Positions 25,400 to 37,867 of a stretch of DNA of 64,000 nt are shown in pieces. Source of the DNA: Camelus ferus (Eukaryota); contig NC_045707.1 of the NCBI RefSeq assembly GCF_009834535.1, positions 56,608,001-56,672,000 on the forward strand, read 5' to 3'. The position numbers and the translations under genes were made by a program. Below the pieces are notes generated by a model. It was not told where the DNA came from and did no database searches. It saw nothing but the letters and a program-made list of their open reading frames with translations. How positions within the stretch are numbered: position 1 is the first letter of the stretch; the number at the start of each line of letters is the position of its first letter.

Positions 25400-28300
25400 C
25401 AAACCAGATACCAACAGTTTACCTGGCATTTTCTCCTGGGAGTCTGAAAAGCATCCAACACATCTAAAGCCGAATTGAAACCAAACATGATCCTTTGCCA
25501 ATGGTCTCTGTCCTGTGGAAGGCTCACTTCCCTTTCCCTCACCATCCTCCATATCCAGTGCTTCTCCCATGACTTGTGACTTTTACATCTTTTATATCTT
25601 TTGAAACTTTTTGCTTCTTTCCATCTTCATCTAAGCTAGCATCCTTTGACATCCACATAACTGCAATAGCCTAGACATCTATCTTTTCTCCTTGCCCTTT
25701 CCTCACCTCCTGCACCAACACATTCATGTCACTTTTTACTACAGCTGGAGTGAGCTTTCCGGAATGTAGACCTAACAACCACATCAACCCCCTCTTTCAA
25801 CTTTCAGTGTCTTCCCTTTGTTTTTAAAATAAAACAGGATGTTTTTCTATGACTTTCAAGAGTCCTATCTTGCCAGCCTTATCTTACCCCATGCTCTCCC
25901 CTTGCTGTTCTCAGCAACCATGCTGGCTTTCTTTTGCTCCTTTACCACTTTGCTAACATACTGTACACAGGCATAACTTGGAGATGGTGCAGGTTTGGTT
26001 CCAGGCCACCACAGTAAAGTCAATAGTGCAATAAAATGAGGCACAAAGACTTTTTTGTTTCTCAGTGCATATAAAAGTCATGTTCACACTATATTGTAGT
26101 GTGCAACAATATTGTGTCTAAAAAATATGTGCCTTACTTAAAAATACTCTATTGCTAAAAATGCTAATTTTCATCTGAGCTTTCAGTGAATTACGATGTT
26201 TTTGTTGGTGGAGGGTCTTGCCTCTATGTTGATAGCTGATGACTGATCAGGGTGGTGGTTGGTGAAGGATAAGGTGGCTAGGCAATTTCTTAAAATAAGA
26301 CAACAGTGACATTTGCCACATTGACTGACTCTTCTTTTCATGAGCAATTATCTGTAGCATGCAATGCTGTTTGACAGCATTTCACCCGCAGTAGAACTTC
26401 TTTCAAAATTGGAGTCAATCCTTTCAAATCCTTCCTCTGCTTTATTGACTAAGTGTATGTAATATTCTAAATCTTTTGTTACCATTTCAACTATCTTCAG
26501 AGCATCTTCATCAAGAGAAGTTTCCATCTCAAGAAATCATGTTCTTTGATTATCCATTAGAAGAAACTCCTCATCTGCTCAAGTTTTATCATGAATTATT
26601 GCAGCAATTCACTCACATCTTCACTCCAGTTCTAATTCCAGCTCTCTTGCTATTTCAACCAGATCTGCAGTTACTTCCTCCACCGAAGTCTTGAACGCTT
26701 CAAAGTTATCTATGAGGGTTGGAATAAACTTCTTCCAAATTATTGTTAATGTTGATATTTTGTCCTTTTGCCATGAATTACAAATATTCTCATCACATCT
26801 AGGGTGGTGAATCCTTCCCAGAAAGTTTTTAATTTACTTTGCCCAAATCCATCAGAGAAATCAATATCTGTGGCAGCTATACCTTTAAGAAGTGTTATTT
26901 CTTAAATAGTAAGACTTGAAAGTCAAAATTACTCCTTGATCCATGGGCTGCAGAGTGGATATTGTGTTAATAGCGTGAAAACAACATTAATCTCATTGCA
27001 CATCAGAGCTTTTGGGTAACCAAGTACATTGCCAGGGAGGTAATATTTTAAAAGAAATCTTTTTCTGAGCAATTGGTCTCAAGAGTGGGCTGAAAATATT
27101 TCATAAACCATGTTGTAAGTAGATGTGTTGTCATCCAGGATTTGTTGTTCCATACAGAGAGCACAGGAAGAGTAGATTTAGCATATTTTTAAGGGCCCTA
27201 TTTGGGAACGGTAAATGAGATTTGACCTTAACTTAAATTCACCAGCTGTATTAGCCCCTAACAAGAGAGTCAGTTAGTTTGTCCTTTGAAGTTCTGAAGC
27301 CAGGCATTGACTTCTCCTCTATAGCTGTGAAAGTCCTAAATGGCATCTTCTTTCCATATAAGATTGTTTCATCTACATTGAAAATCTGTTGTTTAGTGTA
27401 GTCACCTTCATTCATGATCTTAGCTTGATCTTCTGGACAACTTGCTGCAGCTTCTACATCAGCATTTGCTGCTTCATCTTGCACTTTTATATTATAGAGA
27501 TCTTTTTTTTCCCCTTAAACCTCATGAATCCACTTCTGCTAGCTTCAAACTTTTCTCCTGCAGCTTCCTCACCTCTCTCAGCTTTCATACAATTGAAGAG
27601 TTTTAGGGTCTTGCTCTGGATTACGCTTTGGCTTACGGGAATGTTGTGACTGGTTTGATCTTCTATCCAGACCACTAAAACAGCAATAATGTTGTTTTGC
27701 TTTCTTATCATTTGTGTGTTCACTGGAGTAGCATTTTTAATTTCCTTCAAGAACTTTTACTTTACATTCACAACTTAGCTAACTGTTCAGTGCAAGAGGC
27801 CTACCTTATGGCCTGTTTCAGCTTTCAGTATGCCTTCCTCACCAGCTTACTCATTTCTAGCTTTGACTTAAAGTGAGAGATGTGTGATTCTTCCTTTCAT
27901 TTGAACAATTAGAAGCCATTGTAGGGTTATTAACTGGCCTAATTTCAAAATTATTGTGTCTCAGGGAATAGGGAATCCCAAGGAGAGGGAGAGAGATGAA
28001 GGAACGGGTAGACTAGTCAGTCAATAGACGAATCAGAACACACACTCAAACATTTACTAATTAAGCTGGCCATCTTATATGGGCATGGTTTGTGATGTCC
28101 CAAAATAATTACAATAGTAGCATCAAAGATCACCAATCACAAATTACTATAACAAAAATAATATTAATAAAAAAATTGAAATAATATAAGAATTACCAAA
28201 ATATGACACAAAGACACAAGTGAGCAAATGCTGTTGGGAAAATGGTGCCAGTAGATTTGCTCAATGCAGGGTTGCCATAAATCTTCAATTTGTAAAAAAA

Positions 28301-28650
28301 ATACAATATCTGCAAAGTGCAATAAAATACGTATGCCTATATCTAGTTCCTACCTAGAGAGTGATGCTTGTTAGTCCCTCTGCTTGAAATGTTTTCTCCC
28401 TCTTCTTTAAGGTCTTTGCTCAAATATCACCTCCCTGACAACCATATTTAAAATTTAAAACTTTTATCACAACTTATTGTATGCTCTATTCTTTCAGTGC
28501 CTTATTTTTTTCCATATCCATTATCATTTTATAGTAAACTATATATTTTACTTATTTTATGCACTGTCCCATTAGAATGTAATCTCCCTGCTGGCAGGCA
28601 CTTTTCTCTCTGTACTAGTAATACCAAGGAAACTAAAAGCCTACCAGGAG
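25400..28650 (+). mobile_element. LINE-2 3' region split by Tigger1 (L2 parts about 25400-25965 and 28342-28650)
   Basis: ctgcaatagcct..., acagctggagtgagcttt..., ctttgctcaaatatcacctcc..., attagaatgtaatctccctg occur in colinear L2 order. Confidence 0.7.
25968..28339 (-). mobile_element. Tigger1 (TcMar/pogo) DNA transposon, near full length, transposase disrupted
   Basis: Termini caggcata...tatgcct(a), with TA at 28340-28341 and CA at 25966-25967; about 2.37 kb. ORFs 27487-27750 ([15 protein letters not shown]...[12 protein letters not shown]) and 27251-27484 (QQIFNVDET) are Tigger1 transposase pieces. Confidence 0.95.
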
Positions 28651-28656
28651 TAGGTA

Positions 28657-29131
28657 TGTAGCGCTACAAAATCTCCATTTGCTATTCTGGTTCTGCTCCA
28701 AGCTCCTTCCCTGCCTGTTCTGTTCTATGGGAGGCTGGCCTCTATAGATTGCCAGTCTGGACTCCCTTGCTCTCTGGCTTTACATTTGCAGGAGTTTGCC
28801 AGTGGGAAAACACTTTCAGAGACTCAGAGGAGAAAGGAAATTTAGGGTGGATATTTATTTCTTTTGCAGCACCCCAGTAGTGGCTGTGTTTGTATATTCA
28901 AGGCTGCAGCTCTCCCATAACACCTTTCCAAAGACTATAGGATCCCCAGGTGTGGTCACTGCTAGCAGTTCTTGTCCTGCAGGGGACAAGTCTTTTGTTT
29001 AATTCATAGGCTTTCATCCTCTTCTGTTAGTTCCTTCAACCCTTCCTATCCCCTTGTAAGTTATCCTTCATCAAAATCTCATGGCTGATTTGAGTGAGTC
29101 ATCTATTTCCTGCAGGCATTCTGACTGATGA
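28657..29131 (+). mobile_element. LTR33-like ERVL solo LTR
   Basis: gggaggctggcctctatagattgc...ctcccttgctctctggctt...atctatttcctgcaggcattctgactgat. Confidence 0.7.
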
Positions 29132-31382
29132 AGTAAGTATTCAATAATAAGACGAAAACAATAGTGTTAACAAAACTATTTCTAGGAATATCAAGTGTGG
29201 TGTATTTCTAAGTACATTGTAAGTGCTCAAAAATGGTACTAATTATTATTACTAGGCCAAGAATTATTCTCAATATTGGCATTTTAATAGAATTCTGTAC
29301 AGCATTTTGTATATAGTGTAGCATTTTAGCATTTACTATAGCACATAATATAGCATTTTAATAAATCCATATGCCCTTTCTCAGGTTAAAATAATTCCTA
29401 GAAGGTAATATAGTAATAACTTCATTAAATACCGGTTTTCATGATTAATATATTGTCATTTTATAAAAATTCAAGTGCATTCTTCAAAACTGATGCAGTA
29501 GCAGAAATATATTTACTTTGTTTTATCTCAACTGGGTGAGTCCTCTGTGTACAATACTGTAGTTCAAATACAGCTCAATTTATGATGCAGGCAAGAATAA
29601 GATAAATCACAGAACAAGGATTCTAAAAATAGCCAGTGATTACCTGTCAGCAATCTGAGTCTTAGACTGCTGTGGCAAAGCAACTGATTTCTACTTAATT
29701 GAGACAACAGTCACAAAATCCAAAATGCCAAATAAAAAGCTATGGGGTATTCAACAATTAAAGGTGGATTTTAAATTCCGTGTTCTTCTACTTAATGTCT
29801 GTGCATAATATTTTTCTAGGAAGGTACATCTACATGATGCTGTTTATGACTTTTTAAAATTCTTTGCTGGTGAATAAATCAACTTTAAAGTCTTCTGTAT
29901 GGAATTCCTCTTAAGCTCACACATGGGTGAAAAGAAGTCCCTAAGACAACACATGGGATCCCAGAAGATCTTTAATGAGCTGAGACAGAGGTACTGGGAT
30001 AAGAAATATGCTAATATCCACAGGGAGTCCTGCAAGCTCTTCATTGTCAAGAAGATAAAATTCAAAAGAGGGTTTATTTGGTTAAGATATAAAATTAAAA
30101 AGAAAACTACAAATTTTTGCTTTTATTGCCACAGTATTAATTTACTTTATACTGTGATTACTATTTTAAACTACCTAGTTGGTAATTTTAGTTTTAGTAA
30201 TTTAGTCTAGTCACTTAATTTTATCAACAGTACAAAATATATAACTCCAAATAAATCTGATATTGTTAAAGGCCAAATGTCCTTTGGGATATATCAAATA
30301 AATTCATATGGAATCTGTATTTCTGTCATTCATATCCTCTATGACTAAAAAAGACAAAAAAATTCATATTCCCCTACCTTCCATAAATTCCTTTAATTCA
30401 AACTCTTCTGTGTCAACTACCTATGACATTTGTCTCCCAGATTTATAACTGAACAATTTGTCAGACACCTCATCACTCTTGGTACATAGAACCTGACCAG
30501 CTGTTTTCAATTTTTGTCCCTTCCAAGACCTTTGGCTCAGTGACAATATCTCACCTGAAAAAAAGTCATTGCTATCTTGGGATGAGATGATGAATAAGAA
30601 ATTTCTTTGGAAATTTCAATATTCTTTATATACAAAAAATGTTGAAAATTATATTTTATTCATCCAAACTTCCAGATTGATTTGCATCTTCAATACTAAT
30701 TTTTCTTAATTTCTACCCTGCTTGGAACTTTATTTTCTATATTCTTATATGTTAGAAAAGGTAATACCTTGACACTCAATCTTTCTAATTGTCATTGATT
30801 CTCAATTTGGAGTATATAGTGTCCACTGATTGCCCTCCCCCACTCCCAATTTTTGCTTTCACATAAAAATATTCATCAAATTAATGTGGACATACATTTA
30901 AAAAATACATAATATTGAAAATCACACTCTCCACTGCCAATCTTCAGCAACAATTACTTCTCGTCCACTCAGTGGTCCCCTGTGATATTTACCTTCCTAT
31001 TTCTAGGTAACATGTTAATGTCATTATTTTTTAATTTGTGTCTTTGTACAATATACTTTGACTTCCTTTTATGACAGATAAAGATTTTGTTTCCTTGTGT
31101 CCTTGTTATTCCCATTCTTCCACACAATGTGGAAATCATAACTTTTAGTTAAATCAGTAATCAATATTTAGATTTATTATGGCTATGTAAAGGTTATTCA
31201 TTATTGAGTATACCGTGATTTATATTTCCCTTCTTGAATATCTTTTCATAAATAACTTTTTTCTTTTTCATAAATGTGTTATGTGTTGAATTCTCTGGTG
31301 AAAGCCTATAATCACAAAGATGATAAAATATCAAAGGGTAATACTGAAGAAGACACACCAGTGGAAAATGCTAAAAGTCCAT

Positions 31383-31850
31383 CTTATTAGTTAGAGTTTT
31401 GTAGAGAAACAGAACCAATAGGATGTGTGTGTGTGTATGTATGTAAATATGTATGTGTCTCTCCCAATCTATCTATCTGTCTATCATCAATCTATATAGA
31501 GAGATTATGGGGAGATGGCTTAGACAATTACATACCCTGGCAAGTCCAAATATATAGTGCCGACCAGCAGGCTCAAGACCCAGGAGAGCTGACGGTGCAG
31601 TTCCAGTCTGAAGGCCAACAGATGAAGATCTGGGAAAGCCAATGGTATGGGTGAACTCCAAAAGTAGTCTGTTGGAAAATTTGCTCCTGCTCAGGGAGGC
31701 TCTTATTTTTGTTCTACTCAGTCCTTCAGCTGATTAAATAAGGCTTATTCACACTATGGAGGGCAATCCGGTTACTTACAGTTTACTGACTTAAATGTTA
31801 ATCTCATCCAAAACCCCTCTCCAAGTTGATATATAAAACTAACCATCACA
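31383..31850 (-). mobile_element. MLT2 solo LTR
   Basis: tattagttagagttttgtagagaaacagaaccaatagg...aaactaaccatcaca, with a perfect 5-bp TSD tccat at 31378-31382 and 31851-31855. Confidence 0.9.
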
Positions 31851-32159
31851 TCCATGATTTTATAAAGTACAGGAATTATATTTAAAATTATATCCCACTT
31901 AACCAGGTTTTTCCTCAAGTATGCATATCTTAGGAAAATTTTGAGGACAAATATGGTCTCCTTCCTATATGATTATTTACTTGAAACAGTAATTGACTTT
32001 ACTGTATCCCCTAGGGATACAAAAGGTCAAATAGAGAGAGAACATGAGCTCTCAGTGACTAGAATTGAAGCAAAGGGAAAGAAATAACTAATATTTTTAT
32101 ACGTATGCTGATTATCTCTCTGTTCTTTTTTAAACTGTCTATCTCATATTTTCCTAGAC

Positions 32160-32349
32160 CTGCACTGTACCATGTGGGAGCCACTAGCCACAATGGCTCT
32201 TTAAAGTTAAATTAATTCAAGTTAAATACAATTAAGAATTCAGTTCCTTGATCACACTTGCTACACTTCAAATGTTCAACAGTAACATGTGGTTACTGTA
32301 CTGCACAGAACATTCATATCACAGTGAAATGGTCTATTGAACAGCACTG
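32160..32349. mobile_element. MER3-like hAT-Charlie MITE
   Basis: gccactagccaca...ttaagaattcagttcc...tattgaacagcactg. 8-bp CTAG-containing TSD tcctagac/ccctagaa. Confidence 0.8.
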
Positions 32350-33480
32350 CCCTAGAAAAATAATACAGAATTACTAATCCATGAACAAATATATTGCTTC
32401 CATGGTGCAAGATGACTGAAGCAAGAGTTGGACTTACAAAGGCTCTTGATTCTTATTTCCATTAATAAAAGATGTTTGAAATCCAAAACTAATTAAATTT
32501 GAAGGAACTCTTACCTTTAAAATACTCCATGAGGATTTCTTGGTTTTTATAACTCAGCCTGTGACTAAATTGATAACAAAAGGCCAAGACAAGAGGAAGA
32601 ACATGGCGTATTAGAGGAAAATAAACGTGCTTCATATTTGCGAACACGGCACATGAAGGGAGAGTGCTAGCCTGTCAGAAGCAGGTGAAGGGCTAGGTTC
32701 TAAAGGTGCATATAAAACATGTTAAGTTTAGTTTCAGTCCCAGGAACAGTAGAAAAGACATTCAAAATTTTTAAACATGGAGAGAGCATAAGCTGTTTGT
32801 TTTCTTTAGAAGCAGCTCTGTTTTATGAAGACAGCAAGCTAGAAAGAGGATATGATTTAGAGTCACTCTTATCTGGATTCATACCATTTTTTTCATCTGT
32901 CACAGTCTAAATGGTCTGGTACAGCTTCCTTAAGTTTTGTCTACCCTACTTTCTCATTTGCAAAATGGAACTAATAATACTTCATGTGTTGTTAGGATAA
33001 ACAACTGCAATAGATATGTAAAGTACTTATTGAATGCTTGACATTTAATAGGAATTTTGTAATCTGCTAGTTCATAGTCTTTCGCTTATTTGCATATGTT
33101 GATGTTTATCTTACAGACGTAATGACCACTTAACTTGCCAGCTATTCTGAGACACATCAACATAGCATTAGTCATGGTCTTAATACATGCAATGGAGAAA
33201 ACAGTTTTTATCATATCAAAAATGTTTTCCAATTAGTGTCATGTTTCACTGGGCTATCACAAACCCATAAACTTGCTGCCAATCTTTAAAAGATGTGTGT
33301 AATTTATATTTTCTACAACTGAGAAAACATATTATGAATACATTTATTTGAGCCACTCATATGGCTAGAAAGCTTTCTTCCTAGCAGGTCATATAACTTT
33401 TTTTTTTTCCAGTCATCTGCTCAAGTGTCACTCTTCCAAGGGCACCTCCTTGGCCACGCCATTTAAAATAGCAGTGTTCC

Positions 33481-33960
33481 ACACTAATTCGAAAAGATAC
33501 ATGTATCCCAATGTTCATAACAGCACTATTTACAGTAGCCAAGATACAGAGTCCATCAGCATGGGTGGATGTGGAAGGTATTATGTAAGTGAAATAAGAC
33601 AGAGAGAGACAAATATTGTATGATATCACTTATATATAGAATCTAAAAAATATAATAAACTAGTGAATATAACAAAAAAGAAACAGACTCACAGATACAG
33701 AAACAAACTAGTGGTTACCAGTGGGGAGAGAGATATGAGGAGGGGCAAAGCAGAAGTAGGGGATTAATAGGTACCAACTACTATGTATAAAATAAATAAG
33801 CTACAAGGATATATTGTACAACACAGGGAGTATAGCCAATATTTTATAATAACTATAAATGGAGTATAACCTTAAAAAATTGTGAATCACTATGTTGTAG
33901 ACCTGAAATTTATATATTATAAAACAACTATACCTAAATTAAAAATGCTTAAATAAAGTA
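33481..33960 (+). mobile_element. LINE-1 3' end with an internal deletion
   Basis: ctaattcgaaaagatacatg...aaacagactcacagatacag...aagctacaaggatatattgtacaacacaggg. Confidence 0.85.
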
Positions 33961-34569
33961 CACAGAAAAAAAATAATAAAGGAACTTTCAAATAGTGAAT
34001 ACATTAGTAGTGTTGATAAGATTTGGCACTGTAGTCTTCCATTATTTATTCTGGATTATTTCAAACTTCAAATTGTCACATTTGAAATCTCTCACTGAAC
34101 GTCCTAACAGATATTTCCAAAGAGGTTATTTGAAGAAAAACAACTTCTAATTATCTTGTTCGCACATGTGTTTGTACCAAATATTTTTGTATTTGTGTTG
34201 GGAACCTAGAAAGGCTTGAATCTAGATATTTCAAATAACCTAGACATAATAGTCAAGAAAGAAGAATTAACATGATAAAGTACTCATCTTAAAAATAAAG
34301 TAAAATTTCTCAAGCTTACAAATCTACTCCCCACTTTCCAGGAAGTCATTGTCAGTCATTGGTTCTGTTGTGTCCGGACTTTTTTTATTATCTGTAAACC
34401 ATTGTTGGTTTATGCAATGATTTGAATATTTCATTTAAACCTATTTTGTAAAAATGAGTGTAAAGCAGAAAAATAAAGTGCTAATACTTATTATTATTTA
34501 AGTGAGACAAAGAGAAATTATAGGCATTCTAAAAGCAGCAAATATTTGGCCTCAATTAAATTCTTTTTT

Positions 34570-35085
34570 TTAAAAGAAGCAGTTTTCCTAAGTTTTAAAT
34601 TTTACTTGAAGGATCAAATTTAATCTTTGGCAACAAATATCATCAGTTGTTTTCCTGAAGTGACAGGCTCACTCCGTTAATTTTCAAGTAAACGTCTGCC
34701 AATTACCCAAGTCTGAATAACCATAGTTTGCCAGTTGCTCTTTCAAATAGAAATGTTGCTTCTTGAAAAAGGCATCTAATTTCAGCTCTCAGCTCAAACA
34801 ATTTGTACAAATTCTTTTCCTTGAAACTACCATGGGGTTTAGGTACGCAGCAAAAGGGTTTTAAGCTTACTTTCCACTTCATCGCATCAAACTTTAAAAA
34901 GATGGTCGTTTTTATAAAATCAACAATTTCTACTGTTTCATTAAAGACACTCTTAAGTAAAACTGACTTTTTTCTGCAAGTACATGACAGTGAAGGATGC
35001 AATGATTGGTAGTACAGTTTGGTGGCACAGACTGATCCATTCTAAGGTACCAATAATTTTACCCACTGTTACTTTTGCACTGTAT
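34570..35085 (-). mobile_element. Charlie1-like hAT transposase fragment
   Basis: ORF 34703-35002 (VLLKSVFNETVEIVDFIK...KLFELRAE...KLWLFRLG) resembles Charlie/Buster hAT transposase. Confidence 0.75.
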
Positions 35086-35214
35086 AAATTGCCCAAAACA
35101 ATTAATTAGCAAACAGAATAATGTTAAAATAAATAATTGTGTTTATAACTTATTAACTGAATTATAAAATCCAGGCTTTATATATACTCAGAATATTGAA
35201 TAAAGAAATATGTA

Positions 35215-35812
35215 TGCTACAAGAAATGTTAAAGGAACTTCTCTAGTCACTAAACCATAAGAAAACAGAACAAAAGAAAGGGGGGAAAAGGACCTACAAA
35301 AGATTGTTTTGGCAGTTCTTTTATGGTTTCATATAAATTTTGGAATTTTTGTTCTAGCTCTGTGAAGAATGTCATGAGTATTTTGACAATCTAGATCTGT
35401 AGATTGCTTTGGGTAGAGTGTCCATTTTGATACTGCTGATTCTTCCAATCCAAGAGCACAAGATATCTTTTCACTTCTTTGTATCATCTTCAATTTCCTT
35501 CATCAATGTTTTACAGCTTTCAGAGTACAGGTAACCTCCATGGTTAAGTTTATTTCTAGGTATTTTGTTGTTTTTGATGGAAATGTTTATGACAGTTAAA
35601 AATTCTGTTTTTTGAAGTGAAAATAAAAAGTGAATGAAAGGCTGCAAATGGCAAAATATCCTTCTTTCTTATGGGTGCATTGTATTCCATTACATATATA
35701 TGCTGCATCTTCTTTATCCATTCATCTATTGATGTGCACTTAGGATGCTTCCATAGCTTGGCAATTATAAATAATGTTGCTGCTAATAGCAGGGTATATG
35801 TATCTTTTTGAT
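35215..35812. mobile_element. Three non-colinear LINE-1 fragments
   Basis: About 35215-35300 is plus-strand ORF1 end/inter-ORF. About 35302-35580 is minus-strand mid-ORF2. About 35640-35812 is minus-strand ORF2 end. Confidence 0.7.
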
Positions 35813-36941
35813 TTAATTCTTATTTTGTGATTGGCTTTATTCCTTTGATAACTATAAGTTTAAAAAGCTAAAGCTCTAAACATTCTTAGAACAATGAACA
35901 ATACATATATGTAAATTTTAAAAATATGTGTGGTATATCGTGTATATGTATTTAAATGCAGTATATTATATATGTGCAGTCAAATTGTAACAATTCTACC
36001 TAATAAAACTGAAAAATGAAAAAAAAAACATGTGGGCATGCTCAAAAATAAATGTTGATTGACAAAACTGAATAACAAAATTACATACATCAGTATTTAT
36101 CAAATGCAATTGTAAGTTATTGAGGACCATTAATTTCTGTGAAAATGAGACACACCTAATCTCCAACTTATTGGCTTTCATTGTACGTTGAAATATTCTA
36201 TCACAGTTTCTATCAAATTGTACTTAAATGATGATTTTTGTGTGTATTTCTCTCTCTCCTTTCGCAAATGTGCTTTCAATACAAGCAATTACCATGTCAA
36301 CCTTATTTCTTGCTTTATTTTCAGTGCCTAGCACAGCCTGGCATATCTTAGATGTTTAAGAAACATTTTCTCAATGAATAAAAACATATTTTTAGATTAA
36401 AAAAATCTTCAAATTATCCATACAAATGTCCAGAAATTCAGCTTACCGTATTTTATCCACAAGAAATAATAAAACATGTTACATATACAAGTGTATACTT
36501 TTGGAGGTACTGTTTATAATAGTAAGAAAATCAGAAATTTCCTAAATGTATATGATTTAGGAGCTTGGTTCAAAAATAAGGGTACATCTAGATATTTTGC
36601 CCTTTCCAAAAGTAATATACAGTGGACCCTTGAGCAAAAAGGGTTTGAACTGCATTGGAACACTTATATGCAGATTTCTTTCAATAAGTATATTGGCAAA
36701 TATTTTTGGAGGTTTGTGACTATTTGAAAAAAATCACAAATGAACCTTGCAGCCTGGGAAAAATTTAAGAAAGATTTAGGTATATCATGAATGCATGAAA
36801 TATATGTAGATACTAAACTATTTTACATAGCCATTAGGTGAGAGATATTTAATATAAAATTAATAATATATTACTTCTCTTACTGTTTCATAATTTTGCC
36901 TCCAAATAATTACATTATGGTACAGTGTGTGTCTCTCTGTA

Positions 36942-37370
36942 TGAAGACATACAAATGGCCAATGCACATGAAAAAATGCTCAATATTGCTAATTATCAGA
37001 GAAATGCAAATCAAAAGTACAATGAGGTATCACCTTATGCTAGTCAGAATGGCTATCATTAAAAAGTCCACAGATGATAAATGCAGGAGAGGGTGTGGAG
37101 AAAGGGAACCTTCTTACACTGTTGGTGGGAATATTTGGTGTGGCTGTTATGGAAAACAGTATGGAGATTCTTAAAGAAACTAAAAACAGACTTACAATAT
37201 GATCCAGCAATCCCAATCTTAGGCATATATCTGGAGGAAACCCTAATTCAAAAAGATACATGCACCTCAATATTCACAGGAGCACTATATACAATAGCCA
37301 AGACATGGAAGCAACCTAAATGTCCATTGATAGATGACTGGATAAAGAAATTGTGGTATGTGTGTGTGTG

Positions 37371-37405
<35 letters not shown>

Positions 37406-37867
37406 ATACGTACACATACATACCTACACTGGAATAGTACTCAGCCATAAAAGAACAAAATAATGCCATTTACAGCAATATGGATGGACCTGAAGATTGT
37501 CATTCTTAGTGAAGTAAGCCAGAAAGAGAAGAAAAAACCATATGATATCACTTATATTGGAATCTAAAAAAATAACATAAATAAATTTATGTACAAAACA
37601 GAAACAGACTCAAAGACATAGAAGACAAATTTATGGTTACTAAGGAGGGGAAGGGGGTGGGAAGGGGTAAATTGGGAGTTTGAGATTTGCAGATACTAAC
37701 TACTATATATAAAATAGATAAACAACAAGGTCCTAGTGTATAGCACAAGGGGACTATATTCAATACCTTGTAAGAGTCTATAATAAAAAACAATATGAGA
37801 AAATATGTATGTACAACTGAACCACTATGCTATACACCAGAAATTAGATTATACTTCAATTTTTTAA
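36942..37867 (+). mobile_element. Relatively young 5'-truncated LINE-1
   Basis: ORFs include [24 protein letters not shown] and YDPAIPILGIY...[18 protein letters not shown], the L1 ORF2 C-terminus, frameshifted. Confidence 0.95.
37359..37400. repeat. (TG)6-TATA-(CA)13 compound microsatellite
   Basis: Direct reading. Confidence 0.9.

Noticed and set aside
32620..32650. Faint resemblance to reverse-complement U6 snRNA 3' region
   Set aside because: Too short and gapped, and the rest of U6 is absent.
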